Assembly (NCBI GenBank): GCA_902519325.1 | Contig: CABYJU010000005.1 | Span: forward strand, 8,324-72,323 | Length of the DNA stretch: 64,000 bases | Direction of reading: 5' to 3' | DNA from: an uncultured Pelagibacteraceae bacterium | GTDB lineage: Bacteria; Pseudomonadota; Alphaproteobacteria; Pelagibacterales; Pelagibacteraceae | Shown: positions 20,647-30,931 of the stretch, one piece after another | How the letters are laid out: each line of letters opens with the position of its first letter | How positions within the stretch are numbered: the first letter of the stretch is position 1 | Program-made: the position numbers and the translations under genes | The notes under the pieces: model-generated | Databases searched by the model: none | What the model was told of the DNA's origin: nothing | The model's input: only the letters and a program-made list of their open reading frames with translations

Positions 20647-20664
20647 GTTACAGTTGTGTTACAA
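20647..20664 (-). promoter_or_regulatory. Pho box oriented toward the lipid kinase gene
   Basis: Minus strand TTGTAAC-ACAA-CTGTAAC. Confidence 0.65.
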
Positions 20665-20678
20665 AATAGGTTTTTTTA

Positions 20679-21485
20679 ATGCCTCCGTTATTAAAATATA
20701 AGAGTATATTTATATCTGATGTGCATCTTGGTACCAAAGGTTGTCAAGCTAACAAGCTTTTAGAATTTTTTAAGAATTCAAGATCCGAGAACCTTTATTT
20801 AGTTGGAGATATAATCGATGTTTGGGCAATGCAAAAGAATTTCTATTGGCCTCAAGAGCATAATGATGTCATACAAAAAATATTGAGAAAAGCCAGGCAC
20901 GGGACAAAAGTATTTTACATAATTGGAAATCATGATGAGATATTTAGAAAATTTATTCCAATGCATTTAGGTGATATTAAAATAGTAAATAGAGTTATTC
21001 ATGAAACGCAGTTAGGAAAAAAATATTTAGTTGTTCATGGTGATGCTTGGGACGGAGTAATGAAATATGCTAAATGGCTTTCTAAATTAGGAGCCATTGC
21101 CTATGAATTATTACTTAAAATTAATGTTATTATAAATTTTTTTAGAAAATTGAGAGGTAAAGACTATTGGTCATTAGCAAGATTTTTAAAATATAAGGTA
21201 AAAAATGCTGTAAAATTTATAGGTGAATATGAAAACACACTTTCTTCATATGCAAAAAGGAAAAAATTTGATGGAATAATTTGTGGACACATACATCATG
21301 CTGAAAATTTAAATCTTGATGGTGTTAATTATTTAAATTGTGGCGATTGGGTTGAGTCATGTACAGCCTTGGCAGAAAAATATGATGGAACTTTTGAGAT
21401 AATTTATTGGGATAAAAAAAGAAACGAATATATTTCAGAAAATATTGATAATAACAGGATCGGTTCATTCAAAAAAGCATCTTAA
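20679..21485 (+). CDS. plcP: Metallophosphoesterase, phospholipase C PlcP (lipid remodelling)
   Basis: SDVHLG, GDIID, GNHD, HGD, GHIH, NCGDWVES; paired with a GT4 glycosyltransferase in a Pho cluster. Confidence 0.88.
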   Translation: MPPLLKYKSIFISDVHLGTKGCQANKLLEFFKNSRSENLYLVGDIIDVWAMQKNFYWPQEHNDVIQKILRKARHGTKVFYIIGNHDEIFRKFIPMHLGDIKIVNRVIHETQLGKKYLVVHGDAWDGVMKYAKWLSKLGAIAYELLLKINVIINFFRKLRGKDYWSLARFLKYKVKNAVKFIGEYENTLSSYAKRKKFDGIICGHIHHAENLNLDGVNYLNCGDWVESCTALAEKYDGTFEIIYWDKKRNEYISENIDNNRIGSFKKAS

Positions 21486-21488
21486 AGA

Positions 21489-22496
21489 ATGAAAATATTA
21501 ATTGTTACCGATGCTTATTACCCTCAAGTTAATGGTGTTGTAAGAACTCTCCACGAAACTGGTGAAATTCTTAAATCACAAGGTCAAACTATTGAATATA
21601 TTACTCCTCAACAATTTCTTACCGTGCCAATGCCAAAATATAATGAAATTAGATTGTCCTTAAATGTTTGGCCCCGTGTAAGTAATTTAATTAATTCAAT
21701 TAAACCTGATGCAATACATATTGCAACAGAAGGACCCTTAGGGTTTATGGCACGAAGACATTGCATTAAAAATGGCTTAAAATTTACCACAAGTTTTCAC
21801 ACAAGATTTGATAAATACATTAAACTTTATATGCCTATCATTCCAGCTAAATGGTCAGAAAAATTTTTATGCAATTTTCATAATAAAGCTGAAAGAATTT
21901 TAGTGACAACAGAATCCATGCGTGAAGAGTTAATTTCTTTAGGTATTGATAACAATAAAATGGTTACATGGACCAGGGGAGGTAATCATGGCGCGTTTAA
22001 AAACCCCATTAAGAGAGACTTACCTTATAAAAGACCTATATGGATATATGTTGGTAGGATTGCAGTTGAAAAAAATATTAAAGCATTTTTAGATCTCGAT
22101 CTTGAAGGTACTAAAGTTATTATTGGAAAAGGTCCAGACCTAAACAATTTGAAAAAAAAATATCCAAATGATATTTTTTTAGGTGAAAAGACTAATGGAG
22201 AATTAGCATCTCATTTTGCATCATCAGACGTTTTTGTTTTTCCTAGTAAAACTGATACATTTGGTATTGTTGTTTTGGAATCATTAAATTGTGGTACACC
22301 AGTTGCAGCTTACCCTGTGCCGGGACCTAAAGATATATTAGGGGGTACTAATATTGATACTTTAGATGATGATTTGAAGGCTTCTGCTTTAAAAGCTTTG
22401 AAGGTAAGTCGCCAAGATTGTCTTGATTTTGCAAAAAAATATTCATGGGAAGAAACAGCAAAAATATTTTTTGAAAATATTTCACCTAATTATTAA
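21489..22496 (+). CDS. agt: GT4 glycosyltransferase Agt (glycolipid synthase)
   Basis: TDAYYPQVNGVVRTL, HIATEGPLG, YVGRIAVEKN, FPSKTDTFG; directly downstream of plcP. Confidence 0.85.
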   Translation: MKILIVTDAYYPQVNGVVRTLHETGEILKSQGQTIEYITPQQFLTVPMPKYNEIRLSLNVWPRVSNLINSIKPDAIHIATEGPLGFMARRHCIKNGLKFTTSFHTRFDKYIKLYMPIIPAKWSEKFLCNFHNKAERILVTTESMREELISLGIDNNKMVTWTRGGNHGAFKNPIKRDLPYKRPIWIYVGRIAVEKNIKAFLDLDLEGTKVIIGKGPDLNNLKKKYPNDIFLGEKTNGELASHFASSDVFVFPSKTDTFGIVVLESLNCGTPVAAYPVPGPKDILGGTNIDTLDDDLKASALKALKVSRQDCLDFAKKYSWEETAKIFFENISPNY

Positions 22497-22530
22497 AGAC
22501 AATATTCATTACATTTGTTAAAACATATCC

Positions 22531-23679
22531 ATGTTTTGGACAGAGTTGATACTCATAGTTGTAATAATTATTTTATTATATTTTTTATTTAAAAAAAATA
22601 TTAAGCCAGAAAATACAGCTCCAGTTGTAAATAAGACCAATAAGGATGATTTAGGAAAAAGAGTAATTATTGAAGAATTAGAAGATCAATTCTTTGCTTT
22701 AGATAAATATAATTTAATCAAATATCTAAACAAAAGTGCAAAACAACGTTTTGGAGAAAACTTAATTGATAAAAATATTTCAAGTGTAATAAGAGATACA
22801 AAATTATTAGAAACGATTGAAGAGGCTATCAAAGATCAAACTACAAAAAATGTCAATGTAGAAATAAATTTACCATCTTATCAACTTTACAAAATCTATG
22901 TTATTCCTGGTCCGACTTATTTGTTTCCAGAAATAAACTCTGTCGTATTGTTTCTAAAAGATTTTACAGAAATAACAAAAGCACAAAAACTAAAAACTGA
23001 TTTTGTTGCAAATGTGAGTCATGAATTAAGAACACCTTTAGTTTCGATTAAAGGTTCTTTAGAAACTATTCTTGGACCAGCTTCAAAAGACCAAGAGGCG
23101 CAAAAAAAATTTATGTCTATCATGTCTGATCAAGTATTAAGAATGGAAAACCTAATCAATGATTTATTGATTTTAAGTAGAATAGAATTGGAAGAACATA
23201 TCAAGCCTAATAAAATTGTGAGCTTAAATGATCTTTTTACAAATATTAAAAGTAACTTTGAATTAATTCTTAAAAAAAAGAAAATCAATTTACATATTGA
23301 ACTTATGGAACCAACCTTAGTTTTTGGTGATAATGATAAATTGTTAACTGTATTTTCAAATTTAATTGATAATTCAATTAAATATTCACAAGATGGAAAA
23401 AATATATACGTAAAAAGTCAAAATAGTGAAGGTAAATTAATTGATAAAAATATTGCCATTAGCATTAAAGATGAAGGTGTCGGAATACCTCACCAGCTAA
23501 TTCCAAGAATAACTGAGAGATTTTTTAGAGTAGATACAGAAAAAAGTAAAAAGGTTGGTGGTACAGGTTTAGGTTTAGCTATAATGAAACATATTATATC
23601 TCAACACAGAGGTGACTATGAGATTCTCAGTAAAGTTAATGAAGGTACTGAAATTAAGATATATCTTCCAACAAAATAA
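22531..23679 (+). CDS. phoR: Phosphate regulon sensor kinase PhoR
   Basis: N-terminal TM, PAS-like region, DFVANVSHELRTPL, RITERFFRVD, GGTGLGLAIMKH. Confidence 0.92.
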   Translation: MFWTELILIVVIIILLYFLFKKNIKPENTAPVVNKTNKDDLGKRVIIEELEDQFFALDKYNLIKYLNKSAKQRFGENLIDKNISSVIRDTKLLETIEEAIKDQTTKNVNVEINLPSYQLYKIYVIPGPTYLFPEINSVVLFLKDFTEITKAQKLKTDFVANVSHELRTPLVSIKGSLETILGPASKDQEAQKKFMSIMSDQVLRMENLINDLLILSRIELEEHIKPNKIVSLNDLFTNIKSNFELILKKKKINLHIELMEPTLVFGDNDKLLTVFSNLIDNSIKYSQDGKNIYVKSQNSEGKLIDKNIAISIKDEGVGIPHQLIPRITERFFRVDTEKSKKVGGTGLGLAIMKHIISQHRGDYEILSKVNEGTEIKIYLPTK

Positions 23680-23700
23680 TTAATTTAAAAAATTGTTTAA

Positions 23701-23729
23701 AATTAACTCTTATTCAACCAAGATTTAAC
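23701..23729 (+). promoter_or_regulatory. Degenerate Pho box-like array upstream of the hypothetical gene
   Basis: AATTAAC-N4-ATTCAAC-N4-ATTTAAC, 11-bp period; overlaps an inverted repeat at about 23714-23743. Confidence 0.4.
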
Positions 23730-23773
23730 AAATCTTTTGTTGATTCGTATCTTAGTTTATTTAAAATTAGTTT

Positions 23774-24382
23774 ATGATTAAGATATTTCATAGTATTTTA
23801 ATTATTATTTTTTTTTTAATTTCGATCATTACTAAAAGTAATGCATCTGATATTTCTACAATTTTAAGAAACCAGCAATTAACTGTTTTTGATATTGGTA
23901 TCTTTAGATTACAGGAAGACTTAAAAAGTGCATATCCTGAAATAAAAAAACATAAAGATGTACCATACGAAGATATATATATAGATGTTCTCAGTTCCTA
24001 TTGGAGAAATACAGTAGATTTAATTGTTTCAATTCCAGTAAATGAAAATTTAAAAAAAGAGAACTACATGTCAGATTCATTGAGATGTCGAAACATATTT
24101 AATTCTGTTAGAGATCATTTACTGAGAAATGAAAATATGAGTAATTATAGGTTTACTATGGCGACAAGCTATTTAACATCTATTTTTTCTACTCCTACTA
24201 GTTGGCCAAAATGGCGTTATGACCAAAGTGTTCTTGAGGAATTAGTTAATTTGGTAAAACTGGAAGTTGTCTTAAGACCAACCCCAGATCTTGCTTTTAA
24301 GGATAACGTAAATCCAGTTTCATGCAAAGGTGGTCTAGAAACTGAAAATAGTGAGATTATTGTCTCAATGAAATACAACTAA
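23774..24382 (+). CDS. Hypothetical exported protein (202 aa)
   Basis: Signal-peptide-like N-terminus (..SNA/SD), two Cys; no motif recognised. Confidence 0.75.
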   Translation: MIKIFHSILIIIFFLISIITKSNASDISTILRNQQLTVFDIGIFRLQEDLKSAYPEIKKHKDVPYEDIYIDVLSSYWRNTVDLIVSIPVNENLKKENYMSDSLRCRNIFNSVRDHLLRNENMSNYRFTMATSYLTSIFSTPTSWPKWRYDQSVLEELVNLVKLEVVLRPTPDLAFKDNVNPVSCKGGLETENSEIIVSMKYN

Positions 24383-24392
24383 AAAGTTAGGT

Positions 24393-24421
24393 TTTTAACA
24401 AAACTGTAATAATTCTGTAAT
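24393..24421 (+). promoter_or_regulatory. Pho box upstream of pstS
   Basis: TTTTAAC-N4-CTGTAAT-N4-CTGTAAT. Confidence 0.85.
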
Positions 24422-24491
24422 ATTAAAGATTCAATAAATTTATACGAGTCAGGCATCTTTTAACTAATAAATAACGAAAGGATTAAAGATA

Positions 24492-25523
24492 ATGAAAAAA
24501 CTAACTATAGTGATTGCTTCTTTAGTTGCTCTATCAATAGCAACTGTTGCTCAAGCAAGAGATCAAATTAAGATAGTTGGTTCGTCTACAGTATTCCCTT
24601 ACGCGACTGTTGTTGCTGAAAGATTTGGTGGTTCAGGATTCAAAACTCCTGTAATCGAGTCGACTGGTACTGGTGGAGGAGCTAAACTATTCTGTGCTGG
24701 TGTTGGTGAGCAACATCCAGATATTACAAATGCATCAAGAGCTATGAAAGACAAAGAGAAAGCCCTATGTAAGAAAAATGGTGTAAATGATATTGTTGAG
24801 ATCGTAATTGGTAACGATGGTATTACATTAGCTTACAGCAAAGATGCAAAACCAGTAAACTTTACTAAAGAACAATTATATTTAGCATTAGCTGCTCATA
24901 CAGTAGTTGATGGTAAGTTAGTTCCAAATATTTATAAAACTTGGGACCAAATTGACCCTAGCTTACCAAAACAAAAAATTTCAGTAATGATCCCACCAGG
25001 AACATCAGGAACTAGAGATGCTTGGAATTCTTTAGTAATGAAAAAAGGTATGACTAAAGAAGCTAAAGCTCTTTATAAAGCAGGTTTTGAAGCTGGAAAT
25101 AAAAAATACAAAAAACCACAAAAACTTTACAGAGAAGATGGAGCTGCTATTGAAGTAGGAGAAAACGATAGTTTAATCATCCAAAAGTTAACTCAAGATA
25201 AAGATATGTTTGGTTTCTTTGGTTTCAGCTATTTCTTAGCTGCTAAAGATAAATTACAAGCAGCTAGCATAGATGGTGGACAACCCTCTCTAGCGAGTAT
25301 TCAAGACTACAGTTATGCAGTTGCAAGACCATTATTTTTCTATGTGAAAAAAGCTCACGTTGGAGTAATCCCAGGATTACATGAGTTTGTGAAAGAATTC
25401 ACAACTAAGAAAGCTATTGGAAAAGGTGGTTACTTAGCAGATATTGGTTTAGTTCCATTAGACTCTAAGTTATATAAAACAACTAGAACTAATGCTACGA
25501 AGCTAGTTGCTATGGGTAATTAA
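24492..25523 (+). CDS. pstS: Phosphate ABC transporter substrate-binding protein
   Basis: GSSTVFP, STGTGGG, NASR, TSGTRD, RPLFFY. Confidence 0.95.
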   Translation: MKKLTIVIASLVALSIATVAQARDQIKIVGSSTVFPYATVVAERFGGSGFKTPVIESTGTGGGAKLFCAGVGEQHPDITNASRAMKDKEKALCKKNGVNDIVEIVIGNDGITLAYSKDAKPVNFTKEQLYLALAAHTVVDGKLVPNIYKTWDQIDPSLPKQKISVMIPPGTSGTRDAWNSLVMKKGMTKEAKALYKAGFEAGNKKYKKPQKLYREDGAAIEVGENDSLIIQKLTQDKDMFGFFGFSYFLAAKDKLQAASIDGGQPSLASIQDYSYAVARPLFFYVKKAHVGVIPGLHEFVKEFTTKKAIGKGGYLADIGLVPLDSKLYKTTRTNATKLVAMGN

Positions 25524-25547
25524 TTATTACTCTGTTAACAAATAATT

Positions 25548-25579
25548 AAAAAAGGGGTCTTTTTAGACCCCTTTTTTTT
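25548..25579 (+). terminator. Intrinsic terminator or stabilising hairpin after pstS
   Basis: AAAAAGGGGTCT-loop-AGACCCCTTTTTTTT. Confidence 0.85.
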
Positions 25580-25614
25580 GAAATAAGAGTAAGGTCCTCA
25601 ATAAAGGAGATTCT

Positions 25615-27000
25615 TTGAACTTAATATTGTTTACATTTATTGTTCTTCTGGGTTTCACAAGTTATTATTTTGGACGTAGAAAAGCATATACAATTCAATC
25701 TACAAATAAAAGATTAACTGCATTACCACAATTTTATGGTTATTATCTTGCAATTTGGTGTGCAATACCAGCTTTTATAATTTTTTCTTTATGGGCAATT
25801 TTTGAGCCCACAATTGTAAAATTATTAATCTTAAGTGATTATTCAAATCAAGGCTATCTTGATGATGAATTAAATTTAATTTACGAAAAAACAAAAGCAT
25901 TGTCTCGAGGACAATTTACCGGAGAAATTACACCTTTTATTGAGGCTTCAGCTGAAAAATATTTAAGTCTTCGATCAATAGCTCAAAGTTCAAAAGCTGT
26001 TATAGTATTATCTATAATTATTGCCTCTGTTGCTTACGCTTATAAAAAAATTTCATCTAACTCTAGAACAAGAGAACCAGTTGAAAAATTTTTGAAAGCA
26101 GTTTTATTTACAGCTTCTTTAGCTGCAATATTAACTACTGTTGGAATAGTATTTTCACTTATATTTCAAACTATAGATTTTTTTAAAGTAATTCCATTAT
26201 TTGATTTTGTCTTTGGAACTCATTGGTATCCTGCAAAAGCTTTTGTTAGAGATTCTTCAGAGGCTTTAGATCCGACAATGTACTCCGATACTTTTGGAGC
26301 AGTCCCTATTTTTGCTGGTACTTTTTTTATTGCTTTCATAGCTATGTGTGTTGCTATTCCTATTGGACTAATGAGTGGAATTTATTTGGCTGAGTATGCA
26401 TCAGTTAAAGTTAGACAATACGCAAAACCTTTAATTGAAATTTTAGCTGGTATACCAACAGTTGTTTATGGATTTTTTGCTGCTCTAACAGTTGGACCTT
26501 TTTTAAAGGAAATAGGTAATAGCATGGGTTTAGACGTTTCAGCTGAAAGCGCTTTAGCGGCAGGCGGAGTAATGGGCATTATGATTATACCATTCATTTC
26601 AAGTTTAAGTGACGATGTGATTACAAGTGTACCTCAAAGTTTAAGAGATGGAAGTTATGCCATGGGAGCAACCAAATCAGAAACAATAAAAAAAGTTATT
26701 TTTCCTGCAGCATTGCCTGGTATAGTTGGATCTATTTTGCTTGGTGTTTCAAGAGCAATTGGAGAAACAATGATAGTTGTTATGGCCTCTGGTTTAGCTG
26801 CTAATTTAACTTTAAATCCATTAGAATCTACTTCAACAATTACAGCGCAAATTGTTGTAATATTAATTGGAGATCAAGCTTTTGGCGACCCAAAAACGCA
26901 AGCTGCATTTGCTTTAGGTATGTCATTATTTTTAGTAACGCTCTGTTTGAATATTGTGGCCTTAAGAGTAGTTAAAAAATATAGAGAAAAATATGAATAA
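25615..27000 (+). CDS. pstC: Phosphate ABC transporter permease PstC (TTG start)
   Basis: LAGIPTVVYG, SRAIGETM; SD AAGGAG. Confidence 0.95.
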   Translation: MNLILFTFIVLLGFTSYYFGRRKAYTIQSTNKRLTALPQFYGYYLAIWCAIPAFIIFSLWAIFEPTIVKLLILSDYSNQGYLDDELNLIYEKTKALSRGQFTGEITPFIEASAEKYLSLRSIAQSSKAVIVLSIIIASVAYAYKKISSNSRTREPVEKFLKAVLFTASLAAILTTVGIVFSLIFQTIDFFKVIPLFDFVFGTHWYPAKAFVRDSSEALDPTMYSDTFGAVPIFAGTFFIAFIAMCVAIPIGLMSGIYLAEYASVKVRQYAKPLIEILAGIPTVVYGFFAALTVGPFLKEIGNSMGLDVSAESALAAGGVMGIMIIPFISSLSDDVITSVPQSLRDGSYAMGATKSETIKKVIFPAALPGIVGSILLGVSRAIGETMIVVMASGLAANLTLNPLESTSTITAQIVVILIGDQAFGDPKTQAAFALGMSLFLVTLCLNIVALRVVKKYREKYE

Positions 27001-28261
27001 AAATAAAGAACAATTATTAAATAAAAGATATAAAGCTGAAAAGAGATTTCGATTATACGGTCAAAGTGCAATTTTTATGGCACTTTTATTTTTAACAATC
27101 TTTATTTTTAAAATTTTTTCGACAGGCTATTCAGCCTTTCAAAAAACTTGGCTTATTGTTCCAGTTACTTTTGATGCTGAATTAATGATGTTAGAGCAAA
27201 ATCCTTCTAAAGAGGATTTAAAAGATGCTGATTATTACGATATAGCATTAAAATCAATGGCTGATTTGGATCCAAATGCTAATGAGGATCAAGAAAATGA
27301 GCTGAAGAGAATGGTCTCTTACTTTTTCGAAAGAGAGATTAAAAGGGAACTTTTAAACGACCCTTCATTAATTGGAAAAACTAAAGATGTTTATTTAACT
27401 GCCTCAGATGATTTAGATCAAGTATTTAAAGGCAATTATCCAAGAGATTTACCTGAAGATCAAAGAAGAGTTACGGATTATCAATTAAAGATTTTTGATC
27501 AACTTGTAGAACTAGGAAAAGTTGAAAGTAAATTCAATTTAAGTTTTTTTACATATCCTGATTCAAGAGAAGCTGAATTAGCTGGTATAGCAAGTTCATT
27601 TATGGGATCAATATTTTCTATACTTGTTTGTTTAATGATAGCTTTTCCTGTAGCAGTTCTAGCAGCTATTTATTTAGAGGAATTTGCTCCTAAAAACAGA
27701 TTTACTGATTTTATTGAGGTAAATATAAATAATTTAGCAGCAGTGCCTTCAATTGTTTTTGGTCTTTTAGGACTGGGTATTTTACTTGCTGTATTTCAAT
27801 TACCTAGGTCAACACCTCTAGTCGGTGGAATAACTTTATCGTTGATGACTTTACCAACAATTATTATTGCTTGTAGAGCATCTTTAAAAGCAGTTCCTCC
27901 AAGTATAAGAGAGGCAGCACTTGCAATGGGTGCTAGTAAAATGCAAACTACAATGCATCATACAGTTCCGTTATCTATGCCAGGGACTTTATCCGGTACA
28001 ATAATTGGTTTGGCCCAAGCTTTAGGCGAAACCGCACCTTTGATATTGATTGGCATGGTGGCTTTTGTAAATACAATACCAGGATCTCCTTTAGATCCAG
28101 CTGCAAGTTTGCCAGTGCAAATTTATATTTGGGCAGAGAGCGCTGAAAGAGGTTTTGTCGAGAAAGTTTCTGCCTGTATTATGGTTCTATTAGGATTTTT
28201 AATTATAATGAACTTATTTGCACAAATAATTAGACATAAATTTGAAAAAAAATGGAGTTAA
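26993..28261 (+). CDS. pstA: Phosphate ABC transporter permease PstA
   Basis: [20 protein letters not shown]. Confidence 0.95.
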   Translation: MNKNKEQLLNKRYKAEKRFRLYGQSAIFMALLFLTIFIFKIFSTGYSAFQKTWLIVPVTFDAELMMLEQNPSKEDLKDADYYDIALKSMADLDPNANEDQENELKRMVSYFFEREIKRELLNDPSLIGKTKDVYLTASDDLDQVFKGNYPRDLPEDQRRVTDYQLKIFDQLVELGKVESKFNLSFFTYPDSREAELAGIASSFMGSIFSILVCLMIAFPVAVLAAIYLEEFAPKNRFTDFIEVNINNLAAVPSIVFGLLGLGILLAVFQLPRSTPLVGGITLSLMTLPTIIIACRASLKAVPPSIREAALAMGASKMQTTMHHTVPLSMPGTLSGTIIGLAQALGETAPLILIGMVAFVNTIPGSPLDPAASLPVQIYIWAESAERGFVEKVSACIMVLLGFLIIMNLFAQIIRHKFEKKWS

Positions 28262-28262
28262 G

Positions 28263-29018
28263 ATGATAAAGATAAATTCAAAAAATGTAGATGTTTTCTA
28301 TGGAAAAAAACAAGCTCTATTCAATATAAATTTAGATATTGAAGAAAATCAAGTTACAGCACTGATTGGGCCTTCAGGTTGTGGTAAATCTACTTTTTTA
28401 AGATGTCTAAACCGAATGAATGACGTTATTGATATATGTAGAGTAAAAGGGCAGATTATAATTAATGATTTTGATATCAATGATAAAAGTTGTGATGTTG
28501 TTAGATTAAGAGAAAAAATTGGTATGGTTTTTCAAAAACCAAATCCTTTTCCTAAAACTATTTATGAAAATATTTCTTATGGTCCAACAATTCATGGTAT
28601 GGCTCAATCAAAGAATGAAATGGATGAAATAGTTGAAACTAGCTTAAAAAAGGCAGCATTATGGGAAGAGGTGAAAGATAGACTTCATGAACCAGGTACT
28701 GGTTTGTCTGGTGGTCAACAACAAAGATTATGTATAGCAAGGGCAATTTCAGTTAAACCTGAAGTTATTCTAATGGACGAGCCTTGTTCAGCTTTAGATC
28801 CTATTGCTACAGCTCAAATAGAAGAACTAATTGATGAGTTAAAAAAAGACCATACTATTATAATAGTCACTCACTCAATGGCACAAGCTGCAAGAGTTTC
28901 TCAAAATACAGGTTTTTTTCACCTTGGAGAATTGATAGAACATGGTTCTACTGATAAAATATTTAAGAATCCAGAAAACAAAAAAACTCAGGATTATATC
29001 ACAGGGAGGTTTGGATAA
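28263..29018 (+). CDS. pstB: Phosphate ABC transporter ATPase PstB
   Basis: [32 protein letters not shown]; ATG at 28263 with GGAG SD preferred to TTG at 28242. Confidence 0.96.
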   Translation: MIKINSKNVDVFYGKKQALFNINLDIEENQVTALIGPSGCGKSTFLRCLNRMNDVIDICRVKGQIIINDFDINDKSCDVVRLREKIGMVFQKPNPFPKTIYENISYGPTIHGMAQSKNEMDEIVETSLKKAALWEEVKDRLHEPGTGLSGGQQQRLCIARAISVKPEVILMDEPCSALDPIATAQIEELIDELKKDHTIIIVTHSMAQAARVSQNTGFFHLGELIEHGSTDKIFKNPENKKTQDYITGRFG

Positions 29019-29725
29019 TGACCGAAGCACCACATACAGTAAAGTCTTACGAAGAAGAACTTAAAAATTTAAATAGCAATATAATTAAAATGGGTGGATT
29101 TTGTGAAGAAGCTTTGGGTAAAGCTATTCAAGCAATTACTACAAGAAATAGTGATAATGCTGAGGCAGTAATTAAAGATGATGAAAAAATTGATAAATTT
29201 GAGACTTTAATTGAACAGCAAGTAGTAAATTTAATTGCTTTAAGACAACCTATGGCCATAGATCTTAGAGAAACAGTCACTGCTTTAAAGATATCTTCTG
29301 ACCTTGAGAGAATAGGTGATTTAGCAAAAAATATTTCTAAAAGAACTCTTTTGTTAAATGAAAATTTACCAAAAAATTTAGTAGATGCTATTATAAGAGT
29401 ATCTTCGGATGCTCAAAAACAATTGAAATCAATATTAGATGCATATTTAGAAAGATCTTCGAGTATGGCAATTAATGTATGGGAAAGCGACGAACAAATT
29501 GATGATTTAACAAATTTATGCATGCAAGAAGTGATTAGATATTTAAAAGATAACGAAAATAACTTAAGTGATGGAACCCACTTATTATTTGTAACTAAAA
29601 ATATAGAGAGAATAGGTGATCATACAACCAACATTGCTGAGCAAGTATATTATTTAGTTAAGGGAGAATATCTAGAGGGTGATCGACCAAAAGGCACAGA
29701 ACCTATTGTTACTGGAGAAAAGTAA
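29018..29725 (+). CDS. phoU: Phosphate signalling protein PhoU
   Basis: QPMAIDLR, DLERIGD, NIERIGDH. Confidence 0.96.
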   Translation: MTEAPHTVKSYEEELKNLNSNIIKMGGFCEEALGKAIQAITTRNSDNAEAVIKDDEKIDKFETLIEQQVVNLIALRQPMAIDLRETVTALKISSDLERIGDLAKNISKRTLLLNENLPKNLVDAIIRVSSDAQKQLKSILDAYLERSSSMAINVWESDEQIDDLTNLCMQEVIRYLKDNENNLSDGTHLLFVTKNIERIGDHTTNIAEQVYYLVKGEYLEGDRPKGTEPIVTGEK

Positions 29726-29728
29726 AAT

Positions 29729-30412
29729 ATGTCGGCTCACATTTTTATAGCTGAGGACGAGGCTGCTATAATAACTCTACTAAAGTATAACCTTGAAAAA
29801 GAAGGTTACAAAGTAAGTTTCTGTGAAAATGGTGAAGATGCGCTTAAACAAATTAAAGATAAGCTTCCTGACTTAATATTAATGGATTGGATGTTGCCCG
29901 ATTTGTCAGGCGTTGAAATATGTAAAAATTTAAAAAAAAACAAAAAGCATAATGACATACCAGTAATAATGTTAACAGCAAAAGGCGAGGAGGAGGACAA
30001 ATTAAGAGCTTTTGATACAGGTGCAGATGATTATGTAACAAAACCATTTAGTCAAAAAGAACTTAATGCAAGAATTAAATCTTTACTCAGAAGATCAAAA
30101 CCACAATCCACCGTTGATGTTGTTGAGTTTACAGATCTAAAAATAGATAGAATAACAAAAAGAGTTTATAGAAATAACATTGAAATATCTCTAGGACCTA
30201 CAGAATTTAAATTATTAGATTTTTTTATCAAAAATCCAAAAAGGGTATATTCAAGAGAACAACTCTTAAACAATGTTTGGGGAGAAAATATTTACGTTGA
30301 AACTAGAACTGTCGATGTGCATATCAGAAGATTAAGACAGGCTATTAATATAGATAATACTAAGCCTTTAATTAGAACTGTAAGATCAGCAGGTTATTCT
30401 TTAGAATCTTGA
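29729..30412 (+). CDS. phoB: Phosphate regulon response regulator PhoB
   Basis: DWMLP, GADDYVTKPF, LGPTEF, RTVDVHIRRLR. Confidence 0.96.
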   Translation: MSAHIFIAEDEAAIITLLKYNLEKEGYKVSFCENGEDALKQIKDKLPDLILMDWMLPDLSGVEICKNLKKNKKHNDIPVIMLTAKGEEEDKLRAFDTGADDYVTKPFSQKELNARIKSLLRRSKPQSTVDVVEFTDLKIDRITKRVYRNNIEISLGPTEFKLLDFFIKNPKRVYSREQLLNNVWGENIYVETRTVDVHIRRLRQAINIDNTKPLIRTVRSAGYSLES

Positions 30413-30918
30413 AGGTCTTTAGGTCTAGTAAATTCTTTAATTAAACCATTTCCATCTAATTTATTCCATTCATTAAAATCAAAATAAATTTTTGCAAATG
30501 CCGATGTCGGAAATTTGTAGTTTAATAATTTAAAATGGTTGTTGTTGTGATTTTTTGTCAGTGATCGTATTAGATTTCTAACAGTAGGTTCATGGTTAAT
30601 TAAAAGCACTGATTTATATTTTTTTGGTATTTTTTTTATTATATCTATAATTTTATCTTCACTTGATAAGTATAATTTTTTTGAAGAAATAATTTTTTTT
30701 GGTTTATCTATTTTTTTTAATAAAATTTTTAGGGTTTTCTTTGTTCTTTTTGATGATGAAAGTAATATGTAATCAAACTTATAATTTTTTTTAACAAAAA
30801 ATTCACAAATCTTTTTTGCATTTTTCTCGCCACGCTTACTTAATGGTCTTTCATGATCATCAAGATTTGGGTAGTCCCAGCTAGATTTTGCATGACGCAT
30901 AACGTATAATTTAAGCAT
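30394..30918 (-). CDS. sixA: SixA-type phosphohistidine phosphatase (histidine phosphatase family)
   Basis: MLKLYVMRHAKSSW, D-ERPL, NHEP; true start probably 30918, not 31011. Confidence 0.85.
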   Translation of the reverse strand: MLKLYVMRHAKSSWDYPNLDDHERPLSKRGEKNAKKICEFFVKKNYKFDYILLSSSKRTKKTLKILLKKIDKPKKIISSKKLYLSSEDKIIDIIKKIPKKYKSVLLINHEPTVRNLIRSLTKNHNNNHFKLLNYKFPTSAFAKIYFDFNEWNKLDGNGLIKEFTRPKDLQDSKE

Positions 30919-30931
30919 AAATTTTAAATAT

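Noticed and set aside
30767-30806. Possible Pho array inside sixA upstream of ppk (ATGTAAT / CTTATAA / TTTTAAC / AATTCAC)
   Set aside because: Too degenerate for such AT-rich coding DNA and about 125 nt from the ppk start.
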